Shown: positions 8,221 through 16,290 of the stretch, piece by piece
Position numbering within the stretch: the first letter of the stretch is position 1
How the letters are laid out: the number at the start of each line of letters is the position of its first letter
Assembly (NCBI RefSeq): GCF_016908635.1
Contig: NZ_JAFBEG010000002.1
Span: 83,725 to 115,724, forward strand
Origin: Sporohalobacter salinus
GTDB taxonomy: Bacteria; Bacillota; Halanaerobiia; Halobacteroidales; Acetohalobiaceae
Reading direction: 5' to 3'
Length of the DNA stretch: 32,000 nucleotides
The notes under the pieces: generated by a model
The model's input: the letters and a program-made list of their open reading frames with translations, nothing else
Told to the model about the DNA's origin: nothing
The model's database searches: none
Made by a program: the position numbers and the translations under genes

Positions 8221-9375
8221 ATGCGTATAAATCGATTTTTTATTATTTTAACTATAATTTTAGGTTTGAATTTGATATTTAGTCTGCCGCTGTTAGCTCA
8301 GGAAGAAGCTTCATTTCAAGACCCTCTAGTGCGGATTAAAGATATTACCAGAGTACAAGGGGTTAGAAGTAATAAGTTGACTGGTTATGGTTTGGTAGTT
8401 GGACTGAATGGAACTGGAGATGGTGATTCAGCAGCTACTGTTCGATCAGTGGCCAATATGCTGCAAAATTTTGGTATTAACATTAATCCTGGTCAGGTTG
8501 AATCTGAAAATGTAGCAGCAGTAATAGTTACAGCTGAGCTGCCGCCTTTTGGTAGAGTAGGAGATAAAATTGATGTAAATGTTGCTTCCATGGGTGAGGC
8601 TGATAGCTTGCAGGGAGGAACACTTCTAATGACTCCACTATTGGGTCCGAATCAAGACCAAGTTTATGCTTTAGCTCAAGGACCTATATCTATTGGAGGT
8701 TTTAATACTGGACAAGGAGGAAGTTCAGTACGAAAGAATCATGCTACAGTAGGTATGGTTCCAAACGGTGCTACGATAGAAAAAGGAGTTGAGACTAAGT
8801 TTTCCGACCAACATAAGGTTACTCTTTTATTAGATGATCCTGATTTTGCTACTGCTCAAAGAATCTCTAATGTGATTAATCAGAAGTATGGTTATAATTC
8901 AAAGGGAGAGAATGTTGCTCAAGCTGTAGACCCAGGGCGGATTAAAGTTTCAGTTCCTAAATATTTTAAGGATAGATTGGTAAGTTTTGTAGCGCAAGTA
9001 AATAGATTATCAGTTAGACCAGATAGAGAGGCCAAAGTAATAGTAAATGAACGTACTGGAACAATAGTAATGGGCCATAATGTTAGAATTTCTACTGTGT
9101 CAGTAGCTCATGGTAATTTAACTGTTACTATTTCCTCTGAAGAAGAAGTTTCTCAACCGCCTCCTTTGTCAGAAGGGGAGACTAAAAAGACTAAAGATAC
9201 AGAGGTTAAGGCTAAAGAAGAGAAGGGTAGATTAATAAAACTACCTAAAGGTTCTAGTATTTCAGATGTTGTTAAAGCTTTAAATGGAGTCGGGGCTACA
9301 CCACGTGATACAATAGCTATTTTACAGGCAATTAAGGCTCAAGGAGCTTTACATGCTAAATTAAAGACTATGTAA
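8221..9375 (+). CDS. flgI: Flagellar P-ring protein FlgI
   Basis: 384 aa with a signal peptide (LPLLA/QEE). Hallmarks are RIKDITRVQGVRSNKLTGYGLVVGLNGTGD and C-terminal VKALNGVGATPRDTIAILQAIKAQGALHAKL. Confidence 0.93.
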   Translation: MRINRFFIILTIILGLNLIFSLPLLAQEEASFQDPLVRIKDITRVQGVRSNKLTGYGLVVGLNGTGDGDSAATVRSVANMLQNFGININPGQVESENVAAVIVTAELPPFGRVGDKIDVNVASMGEADSLQGGTLLMTPLLGPNQDQVYALAQGPISIGGFNTGQGGSSVRKNHATVGMVPNGATIEKGVETKFSDQHKVTLLLDDPDFATAQRISNVINQKYGYNSKGENVAQAVDPGRIKVSVPKYFKDRLVSFVAQVNRLSVRPDREAKVIVNERTGTIVMGHNVRISTVSVAHGNLTVTISSEEEVSQPPPLSEGETKKTKDTEVKAKEEKGRLIKLPKGSSISDVVKALNGVGATPRDTIAILQAIKAQGALHAKLKTM

Positions 9376-9392
9376 TAAGCAGGTGATTTTAA

Positions 9393-9755
9393 ATGAAGAT
9401 TAATAGCGCACAAAGAATGAAGATGATGGCTGAAACATCTAAGATTCAGCAGCGCCAGCATAAACAGAATAAATTTAAAAATAAATTAGAGAAATTACAA
9501 CAGCAAAATTCAAAAGATGTAGTAAATGAAAATAAAGAATTGAAAAAGGTAACTAAGCAGTTTTCTAGTATATTTGTTGGGCTAATGTTAAAAGAAATGC
9601 GTAAAACTATACCTGACTCAGGTTATTTAGATGGTGGATTAAAGGAAGATATATTCAAAGACATGTTAGACCGGAAATATGCTAAAGAAATTTCTAATTC
9701 TAAACAGTTGAAATTAGCAGAGAAACTTTATCAACAGTTAAGCCAAAAGAGATAG
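9393..9755 (+). CDS. flgJ: Flagellar rod-binding protein (FlgJ N-terminal domain only)
   Basis: 120 aa. FSSIFVGLMLKEMRKT...FKDMLDRKYAKEIS resembles the FlgJ rod-binding domain, and no muramidase domain is present. It directly follows flgI. Confidence 0.7.
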   Translation: MKINSAQRMKMMAETSKIQQRQHKQNKFKNKLEKLQQQNSKDVVNENKELKKVTKQFSSIFVGLMLKEMRKTIPDSGYLDGGLKEDIFKDMLDRKYAKEISNSKQLKLAEKLYQQLSQKR

Positions 9756-9817
9756 TGAAATTGTATTAATATCTATTTTTAGGTCTTCTGGTGGTTAACA
9801 GAAGGGATGGGATTTAA

Positions 9818-11704
9818 TTGCGTAAGTATAGTATTATGATGTTAGTAATATTATTCTGTGTTTTATTAGTTACACCGGTAATGGCAAGTGATAATGCTGC
9901 TCCACAAGAAATTTTACCGGTTAATAAGATTGAAAAAGGAATGACTGGAATTGGAAAGACTGTTATATCAGGTACAGAAGTAGAAGAATTTAAAGCAAAA
10001 GTTCTAGGAGTTTTAAAGAAACAAGGTGTTAATCGTGATCTAATTTTAATTAAAGTTAGTGGAGATCTAATTGAAAAGACAGGTGGGATTGCTGCTGGTA
10101 TGAGCGGGAGTCCTATTTATATTAATGGGAAATTGATCGGCGCAATCGGTTATGGCTGGCAGTTAACTGAGCATAAAATAGGAATGGTAACGCCAATTAA
10201 AGATATGATGAATATTTGGCAGTTAGACGAAATTAAAGAAGGGACAACAGCTCAATTACCAGAGCCAGTAAAAATAAATGGTAAATCTGTAAAAAAGGTT
10301 TGTTTTAGTGCAGATAAGTTTAGTAGTAATCAATCTAATTCTTTAACTGCTTATCCAGTAAAGACGCCACTATTGGTTAGTGGTTTAGATAAACCAGCTT
10401 TGGATTACTTAAGTAAAGAGTTATCTGATTATGATTTAAAACCAGTTCAGGGTACAACTTCAGCAAAGATATCGAATAAAGAAAATGATAAATTAGTTCC
10501 TGGGAGTGCAATTGCGGTTCAATTGGTGAGAGGAGATATTGATATTTCGGCAATTGGAACCTTAACTTATAGAGAAGGAAATAAGATTTTAGGATTTGGT
10601 CATAGGTTTATGGGATTAGGTGATAGTAATTACTTTCTTTCTTCTGCTTATATTCATCATATGATTAAAAGTATGAAGATGCCTTTTAAGTTAGGAAGTC
10701 CATCAAACTTAAAAGGAATTATAAGCCAGGATCGATCAGCAGGAGTAGGAGGTACAATAGGTAAGTCGCCTAAAATAGTACCGTTAGAAGTGACTGTTAA
10801 AGATAAAGATTTAAATAGAGAGCAAAAAATTAATGCCCAAATAATTAGAAATGAGGAATTACTGCAGTCCTTAACTGGTTCAGTGATTTATCAGGCAATT
10901 AATAGTACTATTGACCGTCGCGGTGGTGGAACGGCTGAAGTGGAAATGGAGATTATGGCTAATAATTTAGAAGAGAATGTTATAAAACGCCAAAATATTT
11001 TCTATAGCCGTAGAGATGTAGGGGCCGTAGCATTAAGAGATTTTTCACAGGCACTAAGACTACTTACTCAGAATCCATTTCAGAAGATTAATTTGATAGA
11101 TGTAAAATTAAATGTAGATATTAAGGAAAGGCCGCAGGTTGCTTTAATTAGAGAAGTAAATGTATTAACAGATAAACTTAGACCAGGAAAAGAGGTAAAA
11201 TTAGAAGTTACCTTTCAGCCTTATCGTAAAGAAACGATAGTTAAAAATTATACCTTTACATTACCTAAAGATATAGAATCGGGGGTAGCTCATATGGAAT
11301 TAGTTGGTGGGCTTGAAGCTAACTTTACTGCTGAACAACAGCAGGTTAGATCTGAAGAAAAAGAATATGGCTATGGTAAGAATGAAACATTTAAGAATTT
11401 AGAAGAAGTCATAACTGCCTTTAAAGAACAGAAGATCAATAGTGATTTGGTGGTTAGGGTCTTTCCTAGTTATAATAGTCCTGAAGCAGTACCGGTTAAT
11501 AAAGACAGTACTGAAAAGAAAACTGAAGATACTAAAGATGAATCTACACCAAAAGCACAGGCCCGAGGGGTTGATTCTGAAGCTACAGGTACTTTAACGG
11601 AAGAGACTTTTAAGACGGATTATATTCTTGAAGGTAGAGTAAATACTGAAATTGATATTAAGCCGAAGGTTAAAGAGAAAAAGAAGGAAAAGACTGAAGA
11701 GTAA
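9818..11704 (+). CDS. Secreted peptidase S55 (SpoIVB-type) domain protein, atypical architecture
   Basis: 628 aa with TTG start and a signal peptide (TPVMA/SD). The SpoIVB-like Ser motif TGGIAAGMSGSPIYINGKLIGAI sits near aa 90-110. The SpoIVB-like His segment ISAIGTLTYREGNKILGFGH sits near aa 244-262. The C-terminus is a K/E-rich tail. Confidence 0.75.
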   Translation: MRKYSIMMLVILFCVLLVTPVMASDNAAPQEILPVNKIEKGMTGIGKTVISGTEVEEFKAKVLGVLKKQGVNRDLILIKVSGDLIEKTGGIAAGMSGSPIYINGKLIGAIGYGWQLTEHKIGMVTPIKDMMNIWQLDEIKEGTTAQLPEPVKINGKSVKKVCFSADKFSSNQSNSLTAYPVKTPLLVSGLDKPALDYLSKELSDYDLKPVQGTTSAKISNKENDKLVPGSAIAVQLVRGDIDISAIGTLTYREGNKILGFGHRFMGLGDSNYFLSSAYIHHMIKSMKMPFKLGSPSNLKGIISQDRSAGVGGTIGKSPKIVPLEVTVKDKDLNREQKINAQIIRNEELLQSLTGSVIYQAINSTIDRRGGGTAEVEMEIMANNLEENVIKRQNIFYSRRDVGAVALRDFSQALRLLTQNPFQKINLIDVKLNVDIKERPQVALIREVNVLTDKLRPGKEVKLEVTFQPYRKETIVKNYTFTLPKDIESGVAHMELVGGLEANFTAEQQQVRSEEKEYGYGKNETFKNLEEVITAFKEQKINSDLVVRVFPSYNSPEAVPVNKDSTEKKTEDTKDESTPKAQARGVDSEATGTLTEETFKTDYILEGRVNTEIDIKPKVKEKKKEKTEE

Positions 11705-11717
11705 TTCGTTTATTATT

Positions 11718-11755
11718 AAGCAGTAACCTGTGATAGGTTGCTGCTTTTTTATTTT
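11718..11755 (+). terminator. Rho-independent terminator closing the flagellar/S55 unit
   Basis: AAGCAGTAACCT (11718-11729) pairs with AGGTTGCTGCTT (11735-11746). This gives 12 bp including one G-U pair around a 5-nt loop, followed by TTTTATTTT. Confidence 0.85.
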
Positions 11756-11802
11756 AGATCAAATAATTACCACAATTATAAATAAATAACTAAGCCTAGC
11801 TA

Positions 11803-11831
11803 TTGAATATTTTAAAAAAATGTAATATCAT
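11803..11831 (+). promoter_or_regulatory. Candidate sigma-A promoter for the tamB-bamA-skp-lpxD unit
   Basis: TTGAAT (11803-11808), a 17-nt spacer, then TATCAT (11826-11831). It lies between the strong terminator and the tamB start. Confidence 0.35.
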
Positions 11832-11868
11832 AAGAGTAGTTTGAGAATATGCAGCTGGAGGCTATAGT

Positions 11869-14800
11869 ATGATGCCGGTAGCCCGAAAATTTAAAAGGAT
11901 TATTCCTTTATTGGTAATAGTTTTGTTAGGATCATTCTTTTTTATGTTGATCTTAATAAAATGGAATGGAATTTTAAAAAGAATTAAAAATAGAGTGATT
12001 ACAGAAGTAGAAACAAAATATGGACATAAAGTTAGTTTAGATAGAATTGAGATTAAAGGATTTAATGAATTAAAAGTTTATGATTTTAGTTTAAAGACTA
12101 AAGAAGGTCACCTTTTATTGAGTGATCAAATTCAGTTATCTTATAATTTATGGGGAGTAATTTTCAATAATTCTGATTCAATAGAGAGTATTACAGAAGT
12201 TAAATTGATTAATCCTCGTTTTAACTGGAAGCAGTCTTTTCAAAATCAGGTTGAAGAAACAAATAATTTTCAAGAATTATTTAATTCTGTTCCAATTTTA
12301 AATCGATTTTCTGGTCAAGTAACTATAAAGAATGGAAAGATATTTACTAATAGAATAGATGGAATTAATAGAATTAGAATTAATAAAGGAAATTTAGATC
12401 TAACAAAGAATGATTTGAAGGTTAAGTTAGATTTAAATTTACCTGAATTAGGAACAGAGGACTTAATTATTAACGGGAGTACTAATAAAAATCAATTTAA
12501 GTTAAGTGCAAGATTAGATAACTTAAATTTAAGTGCTTTGTCTGAAGAATGGGATGAACTTATAACTAGAGAGAAATTTCAATTTATAGCTGGAAAATTA
12601 AAAGGAAATATAGATATAGAAGGAAAACTTAATTTTGATACTTTATCTGACCTTAATTATAAAGCTGAATTAAATTTAACAGAGGGGATAGCTAATTCTG
12701 ATTATTTATCCTCAGATATTCAGATTATAGATAGCAATTTTGAGATAAATAGTAAGGGAATAGTTATTAATAAATTGGTAACTGATGTTGGTAATAGTAG
12801 GTCAAAAATTTATTTAAGCGGTTTAATACATGGTTGGCAAAAACCTACATTTCATTTGGGATATAGAAGTTCCCAGTTGGATTTAAACAGCATTAAAGAA
12901 TGGTTGCCTTCAGAGATAGAATTAAAAGGGAGAGCAAGAATAGATGGACGATTGCGGGGGTCATTAGATAATCCTACTATTAAAACTAATGTAAAGTTGC
13001 CTGTTGGAAGTATCAATGGCTATCAGGTAAATAAATTAAACTTTAATTTATGGTATAAGAATAATTTACTTACTTTTAATGATTTTAAAACAGAGTTAGC
13101 TAAGGGGACTTTAACGGGACGCGGGACAATAAATTGGCCTAAAGATGAGGGTGCCTTATATACAGCTTCTTTGGAAGCAAAGGCAATTGATTTAAAACAA
13201 TTACCTATTGCACCTCAATCTCCTAATTTAACAGGTAAATTAAATAGTAATTTAGTAATTAGTGGTCAGAACTCACTTGATGATTTAAGTTTTTTTGGAA
13301 ATGCTAAAATTACTGATGGATCTTTGAAGAAATATGAGTTTGATACTCTAAATAGTAATTTTTGGTTTAGTAATCAGCAGTTATTAATTAGTAATTTAGA
13401 TTTAAAATCTAAAGGAAGTGAATGGCAAGCACGAGGTCTAATTGATGCAGAGCGAAATTTAAATTTGAATATTACTGCTGATAATGTTAAGTTATCTCAG
13501 CTGAATAATCTACATAATTATCAAAATTTAGCTGGGACCGCGACTTTGCAAGGTCAATTAAAAGGAAAGCTTAGTGATCCACATTTTTTAGGTGAAGTTC
13601 AAATAAAAGATGTTGGTTATTCAGGAAAAAGGGTTGATGAGGTAGTAGGAGTTGTGGGTTATAGGCATAAAGTAGTAGATCTAAATGATGTCATTATTAG
13701 TGAGCAAAATCGAAAATATCGATTAACTGGAGAGATAAAATTAGATCAAAAGCCTAAACTTGATTTAAATCTAAAGACTAAAACAGGAGAATTAACAAGT
13801 TTATATAAATTAATTAGTGTTAAACCTTCCTTTGAAGTTGATGGGCAATTTAGTGGTGATTTAGGAATTATAGGTCCGATTGATGATTTGAAGATGATAG
13901 GTGAAATTAATTTATTAAATGGTCAGATTCGAGAAATGGAATTAACTTCCGGTTCTTTAAGTTTTATCTGGCAGAATGATATTTTAAGGTTAAAAAATAT
14001 AAAATTATTTGGTTTGGAATCTCAGCTTATAGGGAGCGGTAGAATTGAGGAAGATGGAAAGTTAGCTCTTGATTTAGAAGTTGAAAATATAGATTTAGCT
14101 AAATTAGATTTTAGTAATTATGATATTTCTGGTAGTAGTGATATTAAGGGGAGGTTAGATTTTTCAGGGGAAATAAAAGGAAGTACTTCCCAACCTGTTT
14201 TAGCAGGTAAAGTTAACTTAAGCAAATTGTTTGTGGATGGATATGAATTTCAGACAGTGGAAGGTAATGTAAAATATATAGAGAACAAGCTAAATTTAGA
14301 TAACTTAAAAGCAGTTCAGGGAGCAACAGAGTATAGTATTAAGGGAAGTTTGAATTTACAGGAAAGAAGGTTTTTAAATTTAAGTCTAGACTTGGTTGAT
14401 GGACGTTTGAATGAAGTGATTAAATTACTGCCACTTAAGGAAGTAAAGCATGATATTCCCCATAGCTTTTTTGGAACTGTAGAGATAAGTGGTAGATTTG
14501 AAGCTCCAAAGGTTAAAGGAAGATTGATAGCAAAAGATATTGATCAAAATGGATATCTTTTAGTGGATGGTAGTTATAACTTTAATTCTGGGGCTAATCT
14601 TAATTTGGAGACTCGAAATTTTGCTTTAGCTCCGTTTAATCAATTAATTCCGGAGTCAGAAACTATAGGAGGAGATTTGAATTTAACTGCTAAACTTGAA
14701 GGTAAATTAGAGAAGTTAAATATGGAATCTAATATAGAGATTAGGGATGGTCAATTTGGAACTTTAGAGTATGATAATTTAAAAGGAGGGTTGGACTTAA

Positions 14801-16257
14801 CTAAAGGAAAACTAGTGGAGCTAAGTGAACCATTGAAATTAAAGGTGAATGATGATAATTTATTTGAAATCAATGGTTACTTACCTCTAAGGAATAACAA
14901 AGCAGCTTTGCACCTTAATATTAATCTTAATGAAGGAAATTTAAATTTATTGTCGCATTCTTTCAAAGGTATAAAAGAGGCTAGAGGAGAATTAAATGCT
15001 GAATTAACGGTTTCAGGCAGTAGGATAAATCCTAACTTTGCTGGGGATATTAAAATTGATTCAGGCAAATTGGATGTAGTAGGATTAAAAGAAGGCATTT
15101 CTAATTTAGAGGGAAAAATGGAGATTAAAGATCAAGAGATAGATCTTAAATATTTAACTGGTCAGCAGGATAAGGGGGGGGTTGAGGCTCAAGGAAGTGT
15201 AGAGATTAATGAATGGCACCTTGGGAAAGCAGACTTTAGCTTGTCAGGAAAACGGATTGCTATTGAGCATGGTTCCTGGAAGGGAAGTAATGACCTTAAT
15301 ATTGAAGTTAAGGGAGACATTAATAATCCTTTAATTAGCGGTAATATTTTGGCTTATGATACTAGAATTTCTCTTCCGTTTGAATGGCCGAAAAGAAAGT
15401 CAAATTCAAAATTACCGATTAAACCTAATTTTGATATTAAGCTTGAGCCTGGTGATAATGTTAAAGTTCAGAATGACAATATAGATATTTTAGTGGAAAA
15501 AGGTGGTTTGCAATTAGTAACTATTGGAGATGATATCAAATTACAAGGAAGAGTAAGTTCTAAAACTGGGAACTTTAATTATTATAATACGGATTTTGAA
15601 CTGGAATCTGGTTCGGCTATTTTTAATAAATATGAAAAGAATATTCCTTATCTTAATTTGACAGCTACTACTAAGGTAACTGGTATTCAACAGTTACCGA
15701 AGGATAGTAATCAAGTTGGGGAAACAGAAAATCAAACTGTTTCTCAAAAAACAATAGATGATCAGTTAGATACAAAAGAAGTAACTATTATACTGAATTT
15801 AAGTGGTTTGGCTGATCAAATGGAGGTTGAATTTGAGTCAGACCCGCCGTTGAGTAGGCAAAAGATTATTAATCTTTTGGTTCAGCAAGGAGGCTTGCGT
15901 GGTTTATTGACTAAGGATTATGATAAGATGATTCAGGCTGAACTCTTTAGAATGCTGGAATCTAAAGTTGATATAGAAATTCTATCTAACATTGAAGAAA
16001 CACTAGAAGATAAATGGGATCTTGATAGATTTAAGATATATACTGGATTAAGTAATGGTTTACAGATCAAAATGGGGAAAAATTTAACTGATGACTTGAT
16101 GCTTAAGTATAATCAGGAATTTAATGATGATGGGGAACATACGCTTGGTTTTGAATATGAATTTATGAATAGTATGAAGGATATAGTTTTAGATGGATCT
16201 ATAAATAATGATGAAGAGTATAAATTAGAGTTAGAGGTTAATTTTCCCTTTAACTAA
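11869..16257 (+). CDS. tamB: TamB/AsmA-like translocation and assembly module protein
   Basis: 1462 aa. It has an N-terminal TM anchor (IIPLLVIVLLGSFFFMLILI) and a long repetitive beta-rich body with recurring G.L.G.I.I.G segments. The C-terminal region is DUF490-like (EFESDPPLSRQKIINLLVQQGG...ELEVNFPFN). It sits immediately upstream of bamA. Confidence 0.8.
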   Translation: MMPVARKFKRIIPLLVIVLLGSFFFMLILIKWNGILKRIKNRVITEVETKYGHKVSLDRIEIKGFNELKVYDFSLKTKEGHLLLSDQIQLSYNLWGVIFNNSDSIESITEVKLINPRFNWKQSFQNQVEETNNFQELFNSVPILNRFSGQVTIKNGKIFTNRIDGINRIRINKGNLDLTKNDLKVKLDLNLPELGTEDLIINGSTNKNQFKLSARLDNLNLSALSEEWDELITREKFQFIAGKLKGNIDIEGKLNFDTLSDLNYKAELNLTEGIANSDYLSSDIQIIDSNFEINSKGIVINKLVTDVGNSRSKIYLSGLIHGWQKPTFHLGYRSSQLDLNSIKEWLPSEIELKGRARIDGRLRGSLDNPTIKTNVKLPVGSINGYQVNKLNFNLWYKNNLLTFNDFKTELAKGTLTGRGTINWPKDEGALYTASLEAKAIDLKQLPIAPQSPNLTGKLNSNLVISGQNSLDDLSFFGNAKITDGSLKKYEFDTLNSNFWFSNQQLLISNLDLKSKGSEWQARGLIDAERNLNLNITADNVKLSQLNNLHNYQNLAGTATLQGQLKGKLSDPHFLGEVQIKDVGYSGKRVDEVVGVVGYRHKVVDLNDVIISEQNRKYRLTGEIKLDQKPKLDLNLKTKTGELTSLYKLISVKPSFEVDGQFSGDLGIIGPIDDLKMIGEINLLNGQIREMELTSGSLSFIWQNDILRLKNIKLFGLESQLIGSGRIEEDGKLALDLEVENIDLAKLDFSNYDISGSSDIKGRLDFSGEIKGSTSQPVLAGKVNLSKLFVDGYEFQTVEGNVKYIENKLNLDNLKAVQGATEYSIKGSLNLQERRFLNLSLDLVDGRLNEVIKLLPLKEVKHDIPHSFFGTVEISGRFEAPKVKGRLIAKDIDQNGYLLVDGSYNFNSGANLNLETRNFALAPFNQLIPESETIGGDLNLTAKLEGKLEKLNMESNIEIRDGQFGTLEYDNLKGGLDLTKGKLVELSEPLKLKVNDDNLFEINGYLPLRNNKAALHLNINLNEGNLNLLSHSFKGIKEARGELNAELTVSGSRINPNFAGDIKIDSGKLDVVGLKEGISNLEGKMEIKDQEIDLKYLTGQQDKGGVEAQGSVEINEWHLGKADFSLSGKRIAIEHGSWKGSNDLNIEVKGDINNPLISGNILAYDTRISLPFEWPKRKSNSKLPIKPNFDIKLEPGDNVKVQNDNIDILVEKGGLQLVTIGDDIKLQGRVSSKTGNFNYYNTDFELESGSAIFNKYEKNIPYLNLTATTKVTGIQQLPKDSNQVGETENQTVSQKTIDDQLDTKEVTIILNLSGLADQMEVEFESDPPLSRQKIINLLVQQGGLRGLLTKDYDKMIQAELFRMLESKVDIEILSNIEETLEDKWDLDRFKIYTGLSNGLQIKMGKNLTDDLMLKYNQEFNDDGEHTLGFEYEFMNSMKDIVLDGSINNDEEYKLELEVNFPFN

Positions 16258-16290
16258 AGTATGGATATTTACTTAAAGGAGGAGTCAATT

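Noticed and set aside
14877-15098. 73-aa antisense ORF inside tamB
   Set aside because: It is embedded in a long, continuous 1462-aa + strand ORF, with no SD or family resemblance.
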